Of a stretch of 64,000 bases of DNA, positions 13,680-27,399 are shown in pieces. A program made the translations under genes and the position numbers. The notes beneath the pieces are model-generated. The model was not told where the DNA came from, did not search any database, and saw nothing but the letters and a program-made list of their open reading frames with translations. The stretch comes from the human T2T-CHM13v2.0 reference genome, Homo sapiens: the NCBI RefSeq assembly GCF_009914755.1, contig NC_060928.1. One strand, written 5' to 3'. Each line of letters begins with the position of its first letter. Within the stretch, counting starts at the first letter, position 1.

Positions 13680-16600
13680 TAAATCTTTCTCCATCTCTTT
13701 ACTTTTAAACTAATTTTCTATATATTTATAGTGTGTTTCTGGTAGGCAACATAGAGTTGGTTATTTTTAATCCAATATTACAGTCTTTTCCTTTTGATGG
13801 AGGTGTTAAGTTCGTTAAATTATAATTTGATTATTATTTATTTAATTTTAATTATATTATCTTGCTATTTGCTTTCTATTTGTCCTATCTGCTTTTCATT
13901 CTCCTTTTACTCTTTTTCTGCCTTTTTTGGGGAATTGGATAATTTTTATAATTGCATTTTATTTTATTTTTTGTAGGTTTACTAGTTATAATTTTTGTTT
14001 TGTTAATTTAATGATAGGTTTATTTAATGTTCATAGTACAGGCCTTTAATTTGTGGCCGTCTACCCTGCAAATGATATTATCATTTCTCATGTGGTATAA
14101 ATACCTTAAAATGGTTCACTTCCATCTGCTTCCTCCCAGCCACTGGGTATTTTTCATACAGTTCCTTTTGCATTTGTTTTAGAACACTGATTACATTGTT
14201 ATTTACACCCGCAGTTACCATTTTTGATGCTTCTTATTTCTCTGTATAGATACATATTGTCATCTGATATCATTTCCCTTTTACTTGATGTAGTTCTTTA
14301 GCATTGTAGTGTGTTTACTAGTGATGGATACTTTCTGATTTTTTACATCTGAAAAAAAGCTTTATTTGCTTTTATTTCTGCAAGATATTTTCACTGCTAT
14401 AACATTGTACATTGACAGTCTTTTTATGTCATTCCTCCACTGTCATTTTACTTTCATTTTTTCTGATGAGAAACCTGATGTAATCTTTGACATTTTTCTT
14501 CTATAACATATGTGAATTTGGAACTCTGGTTGCCTCCATTATATATTTTAATCAATAGTTTGGGGCTACTTGATTATTATGAAATTACTGTAATGTTCAT
14601 GTTTCTTGAGCTTTGAGTTTACCGATGTTCTCAAATCCGTGTATTTTCACTATATTTGGAAGGTTGGGAACCAATTTTGTTTAAATACGTTTTTAAGACA
14701 GAGATACCTGTACGTCACTTATGCAGGACAAAATAATTCGCTTTCAGAGTATTTAAATTCACAACAATTTGATAGTTATGAAGAAACCATTTCTTATTCA
14801 CTAAATTGAAGGCCTGAATCAGTCCGGATTAAAAATTGTCTAACTCATTTTAGGTTAAAATAAAATATTGACCTATGTATATTCTGCCTTGAGAGAAAAA
14901 TGCACAGATCTAAGTCAAAATATTAATTTTTGATAGATTTAAAAACAAATTATGTCAATTTCAATGTTCTCTGACAGCAGATTTTAGCTGATGAATAGAA
15001 GATGAGGGTAAATTGACATAATAGGAATTGTTTAATTTAATTAAACAAAAGATGCTGGGAGTTCACCAGGCCTAAAATAACCTGACAATTACAAGAGGAG
15101 ACACAATGAAAAATTAATGCTCATGAGCATTTTCTTCCCAAGAAGATGTTATCAGATTGGAAACTTAAAGTAGTTTTTTATTAAAAATTGTTTTTATCTG
15201 TACCCTTCTTCTATTGACACAGGATTCTTTAGGTGCCACTTCACCTGCCTGAAAGCTCTGTGGCTGGCAGTGCTTCTGCTTGAGTTTTACTCGGTACTGC
15301 TGGACTCTTGGCCTGGCAGGCAGCACTCGGCTTGCACTACTGGCACAGATCCCATGCCTGCTGAGGGTGAGCTAGGCAAAAGAGTGGCAAGGGTTGTGTG
15401 AGTGAGTGAGCACAGGGTCCAGCCAGCCAGAGTGTACAGCCAGGCAAAGTGGGGCAGGCAGCTCCAGGTGCTGGCACTGGTGCCGGCTCCCTGTGAGACT
15501 GCGGCTGGACCACTCATACCTCAAGTGGCTTCCACCTTGAGTGCCAGAGTCTGGATGAGGGGAACGCAGTGGAGCCTGAAATCTTGGAGACACCAGCAAC
15601 TATGGAGCCCCAAGGGTGTGTTACAGTGTGTCACAGCTCGTTCGTTACCGTTGTTTACAGAACGGCAATCAAGGCGGGTATGTTTCAGCTCGCTCATGTT
15701 ATATCTCGTTTGATCCTGCCACCCAGTTCTCTCCCGTGGCTCCTGGGCTGGCCTGGCCCTGCTGCCACTTCCCATCATGTGGGGCAGCCGCACAGCACCG
15801 GTGGAGGGAAGGAGGGCTACATTGTTACAGCTTTTTTGGCACCCACCATTTGGCAGATCCCAGGTTCTTGTTCTGCATCCAAAAAGAATGAGGTTATGTG
15901 GATAACCAGAGTGAGCAAGGTGGAGAAGAGTTTTATTGAGCTACAAAGCAGCTTTCAGCGGAGAGGTGACCCAAAGTGTGGGTAGCCCCGTCCTGAATGA
16001 AGGTGGGTGGTCCCATCATGTGGCTGAGTCCCGGGTTATTATGGGCTGAGAATGGGAGAGTGTGTGCTGATTGGTCCATGGGCAGGCCTGGAAAAAGCAC
16101 CATTTGATTGGCTAAAAGACGTCAAGGAAGTTCCCACTTCAGCACGTGGACTCTACCCAGAACTAGCAGCCTGGATTTCAGGCTTCAGGCTGTCTTTTGG
16201 CTTGAAGGTTGGGCTTCACTGGGGACCTGCTCCTTTCTGCCTAGGAATTTGTCTGCCTCCTGCCACTATCAGTATCTTCTGGGGATAAAATTGCATACAT
16301 ATTTTTCTGTTTGAGGTCATCTCACAGCTTACTTATGTTCTTTTCACCCTTTGTATTGTATTTTTTTCTTTCTGAATCATTTCTGTTATTAGAATAGTGT
16401 CAACTACTGTATTTCAATAATTTTACTAATATTTTCTTCTGCAATGTCTAATGGGTAGAAAAGTTTTCATCACATATTTCGTAGTTTTCATTTCTCGAAT
16501 TTTAATTTGGATCTTCTGTAGTCTTCATTTTCTGTTTTCAACATATCAGACATATATAATGCAGTTGCATATTTGGTATAAGATCCTTGTCTTCTAACTC

Positions 16601-17790
16601 TAACTTCAGTTTCAGTATTTTGGTTGTTTTTTCTCATCATCGAACTTATTTTTCTGCTTCTCGCCATGTCTAATATTTTTTCATTGGATTTGAGGCATTG
16701 TATTTAATTTTTTTAGGTACTGAATAGTTTTATTTTGGGACTCATTTAAGTTCTTTGGAACCACTTGATTCTTTCTGACAGTATTGTTAAGATTTATTAA
16801 GGGTTGACCAGAATAGCATTTAGTTTAGAGCTAATTACTGAGCCCATGCTTTGTGCATCATGAAGTTTTTCAGTCTAGAAAAAGAAACAGTTCCTGGACC
16901 TCTATGTCACCGGTACTGTTACCTGTAACTCAATTCAGATGTGTTCACTTCTCCATATTTGGGTTGTCTTCTCCTATGTATACACCACTGAATTTTTGAT
17001 AGAGACCCTTCTCAGAGCTATGCAGTTCTCACTCCTCTCTGGTGATTTGTCCTATGACCTCAAGCTTTCTTGAACTCCCTAAGGTCTCAATTCCAACTAC
17101 TATATTCCAAGCTTGGAAATTGTAACTTGCCAAATACTAAATAGATGGACACATTCTGTCATGAGATTTCTGAAGCTCTCAATATTGGAAATGTTTAAAC
17201 AAAGTCAAATTTATTTCATTATTAAAATTACTTTGAAAAGATCAGGTAGGATAATCCTTATTTGCAGGCACATAAAAAAGTATCTTGGGAATTCAACTGA
17301 TATTTAGTATTAATACAAGATTTGTGGAATAAAAGAAAAGATGTAGTGTACAAAAAATGTGTTGCATTCAGAGTGTCTATACATAAAAACACACACATGT
17401 CATTTATATATTTTGATATAGGTTTATATTTTTAAAGAAAATAATAAGCAAAAAGTATTCTTTATACTTTCTAATATTTCAATCCACAGTTTACAATTTT
17501 CAAAGTTGAGCTTAAAATTTTAAATGAAATGAATTCTGTGAAAAAAACTATAGGGGTTCAATTTGGGTTTCTTCTCCCTGTCCTACAGCATGAAAATTCT
17601 CTCAAGGCAATAAGCTGAGACAAACAGAGAACTTGCTTCATTTGTTTCTTGTCTGTCAAGAATCACTGTCCTTCATTTACTGATATTCAGCATCTTAAAA
17701 CAACACTGTTTGAAATATGTTGCCCAGATTTTAGTTGTTTTTAACAGTTGACTATATTTGGTCTCTATATTCCATATTGACCGGAAGCAA
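13680..17790 (-). mobile_element. Old L1M (L1MC/MD-type) 5' portion, fragmented by later insertions
   Basis: Antisense L1M-like blocks at ~13680-14690, ~16290-17111 and 17555-17790; the last block ends ...ccatattgaccggaagc like an L1M 5' terminus. Confidence 0.6.
15215..16271 (-). mobile_element. ERV1 solo LTR of the LTR28/MER52 family
   Basis: Reverse complement starts TGATAGTGGCAGGAGGCAGACAAATTCCTAGG and ends TGTGTCA; 4-bp TSD ctat/gtat; homologous to 42819-44416. Confidence 0.85.
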
Positions 17791-19009
17791 ATATGTTCAC
17801 TAGGTTTTGATTTGTAAGTTGTAAAAAACACGTAATAAAATTAAAATATATGTTGTCTTTAGACAATTTGTTAAAAACTAACTTTGGTACCATATGACTT
17901 AATCAGGCTTAAAACTTGAAATATATGCTTATTTGTTAAAATAAAAAACAGTTTAATTTGTTTGAGACATTTAATTTGTTTGGCATGATCATTTCTTTTC
18001 TCATAAAATATACATTAGTGCTTAAGAATTTTAAGAGGTATAGTCTTTCCTTTTATAATGGTGGTTGTTTTTAAAATAAATCTGTTATTTCTGTTACATG
18101 AATACAGATACTCCTTGACTTATGGTGGAGTTACATCGCAGAAACCCATCGTAAGTTGAAAATACTGTAAGTCAAAAATGCACTTAATACACCTAACTTA
18201 CAAACATTACACCTTTGCATAGCCTATCATAAACATCCTCGGAACACTTGCATTAATATTTGGGCAAAATTATCTAACACAAAGGCTATTTTATAATAAA
18301 GTGCTGAATATCTCATGCAATTTATTGAATAGTGAACTGAAAGTAAACAACAGAATGATTTTATGGGTACTCTAAGTATGTTTTTAAATGTGTATCACTG
18401 CATGCAGATGACATTCATACTATTGTAAAGTCAAAAAAAATAAATTGAACCATCGTAACTGAGGAAGTCTGCAGTTTATGATAATGTATGGATTTTGGAA
18501 AACTGTTGCAAATATGTTAAAATTAATTTGTACTAATCTCTTGCACATTTGTATATTAATTGATTAAATGCTTCACCTATAGTTTTTTTCACAGAATTCA
18601 TTTCATTTAAAATTTTAAGCTCAACTTTGAAAATTATAAACTGTGGGTTGAAATATTATAAATAATACTTTTTGCTTATTTTCTTTAAAAATATAAACCT
18701 ATATCAAAACATATACATGATATATGTGTGTTTTTATGTATAGACACTCTGAATGCAACACATATTTTTATTTTACACATCTTTTCTTTTATTCCACAAA
18801 TCTTGTATTAATACTAAATATCAGTTGAATTCCCAAGATACTTTTTTATGTGCCTGCAAATAAGAATTATCCTACCTGATCTTTTCAAAGTAACTTTACC
18901 AATGAAATAAATTTGACTGTGTTTAAACATTTCCAATCTTGAGAGCTTCAGAAATCTCGTGACAGAATGTGTCCATCCATTTAGTATTTGGCAAGTTACT
19001 ATTTCCAAG
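17112..19009. repeat. Long inverted repeat: arms 17112-17554 and 18576-19009, spacer ~1020 bp
   Basis: The arms are reverse complements at roughly 90% identity by eye; near-identical ORFs appear on opposite strands (17113+ and 18814-19035-). Confidence 0.95.
18105..18471 (+). mobile_element. MER47A (TcMar-Tigger MITE)
   Basis: TA|cagatactccttgacttatggtggagttac...catcgtaactgaggaagtctg; terminal inverted repeats; ~367 bp. Confidence 0.85.
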
Positions 19010-20679
19010 TTTCTTGTTTCCCTTCTGAGACACATCAGGCAAATGAGCTTTTACTTTGAATTAAACAGATTGTTTTGTAGATAGTGCTTCTATTGTGTTA
19101 ATAAAAAGTTTCATTAGTCTATCCCTAGTGACTAAATGTGGCAATTAGTAGCAACAGTATTGGGTGGGTGACTGTGTGTGTGTGCGTGTAGTATATATTT
19201 GTGAGCTTTAAAGCTATTTGTTTCAATAAAGATGACAGCATCCAAGATCCCCAAAGTTTCCATTCTGGAAGTATTTTAACAATACAGTTTCTAAAACAAC
19301 CTGCTAACTTTTCTGTTAATCCACCTATTGTTTTCTGACATGAGAAATGCTGCACTCACATAAATTGAACTGAAAATGTTTAAGTTCTTCCTTAAAGTGA
19401 GAAACTAGCTTCCCATCAAAATCATCAGCATAATAAAAATATTATATCATGAGATGAAAGTAATTCAGCAACTAATATTCTCTAAAGAGTTAGGCCAAGA
19501 TGTATTTGACACATAATATGCTAGACATTTTGGAGAAAGCAATACAGTTCTTGACTTAACCAGAGTATAGCTAGGCACCTTCAGTGCTCAACTTCACTGA
19601 AATATCACCCATCTATCAAGAAACCTGACGCATAGTGGGCAAAGTTTAATATGTTTCAGATATGGAAGGGAATCTAAAGTAGTGAGGGGGCAAGTGCAAG
19701 TTATAAGACACAGAATGAATATTGTTTTGTGTCACTAAGTGAAAAGCCAAATGTACACTATGAGATTTACGACATAAGCCAAAAACAAGAAAACATTTGC
19801 AGTCCTGAACATCAATATTTTCTTCAACTATGTGAGCCAATGAAAGAGAAACCCTGAAGAAAGATTTATACAAAATTCACAGCTTAAAAGGGGCCAATGG
19901 TAATAGTAATCTTTTAAATAACTCTATACAAGATAACAATTCAGGTGAAAGACAGGCCATGGGCATAGACCACACATTCTATCTCTGTCACCAAATGAGT
20001 TAGTTTTCTACCCCGATATAGTTATCTTAGGTTATGTATACACAATAATTTAGCAAAGAAGGGAGTGGCCATTAAGGGAAAAAATCTATAGCTAGGAAGA
20101 AATTTTCTCGGATAAAAGGTCCTGACAGTAGCTTTAAAAATACAAAACTGATAACTGCTATCACTCTGCTAACTTTCTGTTACTACAGCTGTTTTGATAG
20201 ATATGTAACTATCTTCAGCTATGAAACATAAATTTTATGTCAAGCAAGGTAATGTCTGTTAGTGACAACCTAGCCATCTTTCAAAAACTGTTGCTATAGC
20301 GCAGGCAATGAAATGTTTAACTCTAGTAACTCTTTTAAGTGATATGGTCAAGGCAACTCAGTGGGGTATGTCCAAGGGGCTTGCAACTTTCATAGCAACC
20401 ATCACTTGATGGCATGTTACCTCCTCATTCATGAGAAACTGTGGACAGAGACAGAAAAATCAAGGAAACTGGAGCAAAGTAAACCTGTGTTCTCCAGACT
20501 GCTTAATAGGGGCGGTAGCATAGCATTTTTTGTTTTGTTTTGTTTTGTTTTCAGCTTTGGCATTAATTACAGAGATAAAGAGAGGAAAACTATTACAGAT
20601 ACATTAGGGTTCTTCATTTTAGCAGTTGTGTTTTCTGAATACAATAGGCAACGAGCCATATGTTTAAATACCGTAACCT

Positions 20680-21391
20680 AATGACCCCTTTGCACACTCA
20701 AACCCCTTACAGGAGGGGGAGCGTGCAGACTGGCAGGTACATGAGCTGAGACAAGTGCTCTGGGGCTCCAGCCCCATGGTAGCATCTAGAGGTGAGTGCC
20801 TGCGACTCCCAAAGCCCACGTGGATGTGGCCTGTCTTAACCGTGTGCTCTTTTAGCTTTGCCTTCCACAGACGGCTTAAGTGTTCACCAGCTCAGTGCCC
20901 TCTTGGTACCCAGGTCTTTGTCCGATATCCAGGAAGAATCAGGTCACACATGAATGTGGAGATGGTGAACGCAGGGGTTTTACTGAGTGGTGGAGGTGGC
21001 GCTCATCAGGATGGATGGGGAGCTGGAAGGGGATGGAGCTGGGAAGATGATCTTCCCTAGGAATTTGGCTGTCCGGTGGCCGATCTCCTCTCTGACCGCC
21101 AACAGCCAAACTCCTCTCAGCATTCAGATGCTCTTTCTCTTCTTTCTGCTGAGCCGCTCTGCTGTTCTCCGGCTCTTCTGTTTGTCTCCTTCTCATCTGC
21201 TTCTAGAGCTTGGGGTCTGGGGTTTATGTGAGTATAGGATGGGGGTCACGACAGGCCAAAAGGTAACTTTTGGGAACAAAAACAAGAATGTCTGTTCTCA
21301 CTTAGGGCCACAGGTTTCCAGGATTGAAGGCCGGGCCTTTGCCAGGGAACTACCCTCTTCAACCCAGTATTTCTGTGTCCGGTCCATATCA
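20680..21391 (-). mobile_element. ERV1 solo LTR, LTR27/LTR1 family
   Basis: Reverse complement starts TGATATGGACCGGACACAGAAATACTGGGTTGAAGAGGG; GC-rich; left boundary approximate. Confidence 0.8.
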
Positions 21392-22290
21392 ATTGCTGGG
21401 AGAATTAATTTGAATTTAATAGCTTTTCTGAAGCCTGTGAGTCCTTCTAGTGAGTCAGTGAGCCTTCGTGTTGTATTGAGAATCCCTGACACCCTATGCA
21501 ATTTTAATTTTTTTCTTCTACACAATTGAAAATTTTAATTACTTTTAAAGGAATGAGGTTTTACATTTATTCATTCATTAATAAATTATTATTGAGTGTC
21601 TTCTATGTATCAGTCTTATTTTAGGTTGTAGAAATACCACAAAGTATGAAATAAAATTTCTATCTTTAATATCCATTCAAAACATAGAATAAAAAAGGAA
21701 ACAAATTAAAATAATATTCTAATATAATTTGCATTTTACCAAATAAATAGACTTTGTGTGAAGAATATATATTAAAGCTATTGGAGAGAACTGATCCCCC
21801 TTAAGGAATTTTTTTTTTGTATAGCAGATTATCTGAAGGTGTAATATCAGGGCTTTCTTCCCTGCTAGGAGTTTGATTTCAATTAATGCAAGTATCAGAT
21901 GTAAAGAAGGGCAATAGCAAGTGATAAAGACTTACACTCAAGTGCTACTCTATTATACTTGGGGATGAATATTTCATGGTCAATTCTGGAAGGGGTTAAG
22001 TATAGAAATTGAACAGTGGTAAGTGGCTGCCTCAGGAGAAAAGGTAGCAGTAATTACCTCTGAAGGGAAGAAGATTCAATAAACAAGGATGTTGGAGAGC
22101 TTTGGAAATAAGCTTTACATATCACAAACTATCTATTAGTGGAATGTGCCTAGTAAAAAAGAATAAAAAATGTAATTTCCACAGGATTCTCTATGCAGAA
22201 ACAAAATACAAAAAGGGAAAAAAAATGGCCTTTTCTTCCCACCCACTCAGGGTAATTTCTTAAGTCTTTTATGATCTGATAAGAAATGGA

Positions 22291-22602
<312 letters not shown>

Positions 22603-22684
22603 GAAATAAATTTCTAGTGTTTTTTGTTGTTTTAGCCAAGCAATCTGTGGCATTTTCTTATGACCATCCTGGCTAACTAATACA
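22603..22684 (+). mobile_element. MLT1-type LTR 3' end fragment
   Basis: aataaatttct...gttgtttagcc...ctaactaataca terminus. Confidence 0.6.
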
Positions 22685-23894
22685 ATTATTAAACAATTAA
22701 TCTTTCTATAAAAATTATGCTTAATGTTCTATTATGATGATTAAAGAATACTCTACCAAAGAGTGTTATATTTAATGTAAAAAAGTAAGACATACACAAA
22801 TATAAAGAACAAAAGTAAACTAAGGTACTCTCTCACTCCAGAGATCCAAAAATCTATTGTAAATTTCAATATGACGGTGGAAGCCCCAGTGTATTTTGTT
22901 CCTAAAGAAAGAGAGATTTGGGGCATTTTGGAACATTTCATAACTGTGGGCCAAATAGGAATGTGACTAGACCATGTGAAAAATAACAATAAAGAAGTCA
23001 TCATGTTTTAGAATCTTGGAACAGAGCTAAAGTAGTATACAAATGAAAACAGAGCATAAAATACATGTTCTACAAGAATATAAGCCTTGTATAAGAAAAT
23101 TAGATTAATGGAATGTCTGACTCCAGTAAACACTCAAAAAAGAAACAGTGACATAAGCTATAGGAAAGAAAATGAAAGAGGTAGTAGAACATATGGATGA
23201 ATAAGATTATAGTAAAATAGCAAAACTATAAAAAGTTTTATTTTTAGAGTAAATTATTAACATGTGTAAACTAACAATTAATATGCATTGGAAGGGAAAA
23301 ATTAAGAAGGCATAACTTGCTCCAGAAGAGAAAGATCACCTAAAAAGGATTGAGTGAAATAAAAAAAAATGAAAAACAAATTGCTGAAGAGGCTCATGAA
23401 ACATGTTCACCGTGCATCAATTACCAACTTGTCTGAGTCCAGTGACACTGGAGACCCCCCAACACACAGAAGGAAATAGGACCAGTTTACTGGAACACAG
23501 GTCAGTAGTACACATACAAACTAAAGTGCCAAGAAAAAAATATGAGAACAATTCAGAAACATTGCAAGAGGCATGAGGAGCATGCTGAATAAATCTGACT
23601 CGTGTATTTGCTATTTAAGAAGAGAGGACAGGGACTACGGAGCAAAAGCAATGTTTGAAAAGATAATGAATAAGAATGTTCTAAAACTCATTAAAGTCAG
23701 AAACTCACATACTGAAGAATTCTGCAAACTTCAAGCAAGGTAAATAAACAGAAAAACACATTTAGGTCCAATGTGGTAAGAATGCATAAAATAAGTACAA
23801 AGAAAAACATCTAAAAGCCTGAGATAAAAGGCAGATTACAATGAAAAGATAAACAATCAAATGAACCATGACTTTATTACAAGAAATTATGATT

Positions 23895-24470
23895 TCAATG
23901 CCACTCAGTCATATATCACCAGGAACACACCTGTAGTTGAACAAATTGGGTTTATTGTTCTTTTCAGTGAGCAAGGACACTCATCATGGGAAGTCAGCTG
24001 GCTTTTCAGTAGTGAGTATTAGGGAGGACTTTGATGGGATGATTTTGGAGACCATCCAAGGAAGCAGGCACTCACTATGCATTGGGTGCTCTTAGGAAGT
24101 AAGGACCATTCTATGACTGGTTATTTCAGTAAATCTTACCTAGGAAGAGGAACGCCTAGAATGAAAATAGAGCTTCAATTTGCAAAGCAGAGCAGTCATA
24201 TTAGCCAGTAGAGGATTGTGTTTGGTATTTTGTGGGTTGCACAGTGACTTTGGTTTTGCCCACGCTCAGACACAAAATTATAAAGTGAGCTCTTGTGTCT
24301 CACCTTCCCATGGCTGTAGAGTGGGCTTTGCTGGTGGTGGTGTGGGGTGTGAGTGCGTGCATCTAACAGGAAGACAGCAAAGCCTAGTTGCTTCCTTGCC
24401 AGGCCAGCCTTAAACGACACTGAGTCTAACAGTAAGTGCAGACCAGTTCCAGATGCCACCACTGCTTTTG
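23895..24470 (-). mobile_element. Old LTR (ERVL class, LTR53-like) inserted in L1M
   Basis: gttgaacaaattgggtttatt (AATAAA on the minus strand) ... gccaggccagc...ccagttccagatg; subfamily uncertain. Confidence 0.55.
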
Positions 24471-24794
24471 AAAATTGTAAAATATTTGAGTGTCACCTTC
24501 AAAGTGTGAAGAAACAAAAACTGGAAATCCAGTATTCCAAACTAATGAAAGTATCTTTCAAAATTAAAGAAGGCTGAAGACATTCTCAGACAGACAAAAA
24601 ACTTTGGGAGCACTGTCTTCATTGGGTCTGCCCTGAAATTACTAAAAAGAACATCCATCAGGTAGAAGAAAAATGATTCAAAATTACTAATCAAGGATAA
24701 AGAAAGAATTAAATGTAATATAAAAGATAAAGCTACAGATACATCTAAATAAATACTGACTGTATTAAAATAAGAATACTAATGTCTGGTGGAG

Positions 24795-24926
24795 TGTTTG
24801 TGTGTGTACATATATATATGTATTTGTGTGTGTATATATATGTATACTTATGTATATATATATACATGTGTATATACATGTGTTTATATATATATACATG
24901 TATATATGTGTATATATACATATACT
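24795..24926. repeat. (TA/TG/CA)n compound microsatellite
   Basis: Directly visible alternating purine-pyrimidine tract. Confidence 0.9.
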
Positions 24927-26358
24927 TAATATCTAGTGTGGCAAAAGTGAAAGTAATACAATTAAAATATTCCAAGAGTCTTTTATTTTTTGGAAGGAAG
25001 AAAAAGTCCTAATTTGTTTTAGACTAAGGTAAGTTAGGATAAACTTTATGTCTACTAAAATAATAAAGAAATAGCAATAGTCTAATTATCACATTAATAA
25101 AATTGCAAAAGAAATGATAAATAATTGATTAGGAGGAACAAATTCAAGAGATATATTATTCAACATGGGGACTATAGTTAATAATAATATAAAAATGAAA
25201 GTAATAGATTAATCAAAAAGAGACAAGAAAGTAGAAAAAAAGTAACATAGAAAAGTGGCCTCAGTGGAAAAAGAATAGTAAGTTGGTATTAATCATGATA
25301 TTAAAAACAAATGTATCACATGCTGAAATTAAAAGGCAAAGATTTACATATATACACATATACATAAATCATTTCTGTTCGACTTTCAAAATAAGGATGT
25401 TGTAAGTAAAAAGTATATAAAAAGGTATTTATGATTAGTAACCTAAGGAAATGGGTGCCTTTATACTAAAGCAACCTAACGTCTTCTTGAAACCAAGAAG
25501 CACAGCTAGAGTTAAGGTAGGACATTTCACAATAATGAATCAATTCATTGTGGAAATATTACAATTTTATACTGCTATGTACATAACATAGCTTCGTAGC
25601 CTTAAAATCTTAAAGAAATTCAAAGCAGCTAACACAAAATAGTAAGAAAAGCAGACTAAAAATGTCAGTAAGGAAATAGAAAATTGGAATGTCATTAAGA
25701 AATGTAAGACAATAATGTCAAAAGTGAACATATGACTCCAGCATTCACGCTTGTCAACTGCACAAGGAGCACTTAGCAAACTTTTATGCTGAACAGCAGG
25801 CTATAAAGAAAACTTAGTAATGTTGAAGAACTGAAATCATAATGAGTAGGTTTTCTTACCATTATGGAATTAATCCAGAAATTAAGTACAAAACAATAAC
25901 TTTTAAAATTCGAAAATGTTTAGTAATTAGCAATGCATTTAAACATAAAACATGTATCATAAAGGAATGATTAAGGTAGGACATATATTCCACTGAGTGC
26001 ATGCACACAAAAAACAGATACTTAAGGATGTGAAAGTCACCGAACACATCCAAAAGAGAAACATTTGCAGACATTCATGCATCTATGATAAAAGAAAAGC
26101 TGAAAATCAATGATTCAAGCATTTTGTTCAAAGAAGAGAGTTGTAATCTTAAAGAAAATAGCAGATAATGAAATATAAAATATAGTATGGATAATTAAAT
26201 CAAAGGTGGGTCTTTTGAAAAGACTAATACATACTCGTCAAAATGCTGACGGTGTGGGTTAATAAAATGAAAAATAAATGCACAACACTCCCTGCCCTAA
26301 AGTAGTCTAGAGGCATAATTTATCAGTACCAGTAATAAAAACAGAGAATATCACTTTA

Positions 26359-26800
<442 letters not shown>

Positions 26801-27026
26801 TTATTCTAGAAATGCAAGAAGGATTTAGCATTCATATATCAACCAATATAATATGCCATATTCACAAAAGGTAAGTAAACAATAGCAGAATAGAAGCTAA
26901 GACAAATAGAAAACTTCTGTTATATTTTCAATAAAGGCAGAAACAATCCATTTCATAAAATTCATAATATCATAATATTTCTTATCCACCTAAAGATTGA
27001 AGAAACTTCCTATTTAAGAGCTTCAG

Positions 27027-27322
27027 TTTTTTTTTTTTTTTTTAACGGAGTCTCGCTCTGTCGCCCAGGCTGGAGTGCAGTGGCGCGATCTCGGCTCACT
27101 TCAACCTCCGCTTCCGGGTTCACGTCATTCTCCTGCCTCGGCCTCCTGAGTAGCTGGGACTATAGGCACCCGCCACCACACCTGGCTAATCTTTTGTATT
27201 TTTTAGTAGAGACGGGGTTTCGCCCTGTTAGCCAGGATGGTCTGGATCTCCTGACCTCGTGACCCGCCCGCCTCAGCCTCCCAAAGTGTTGGGATTACAG
27301 GCGTGAGCCACGGCGCCCCGCC
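27027..27322 (-). mobile_element. AluY
   Basis: Full dimer, AluY-type sequence; TSD agagcttcagttttt starting at 27017 and 27323. Confidence 0.93.
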
Positions 27323-27365
27323 AGAGCTTCAGTTTTTATTAGAGCCAAGGTGAGGAAAAAAAGAG

Positions 27366-27399
<34 letters not shown>

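Noticed and set aside
17113-19035. Two near-identical small proteins on opposite strands as a gene pair
   Set aside because: By-product of the inverted duplication; non-ATG starts and no recognisable homology.
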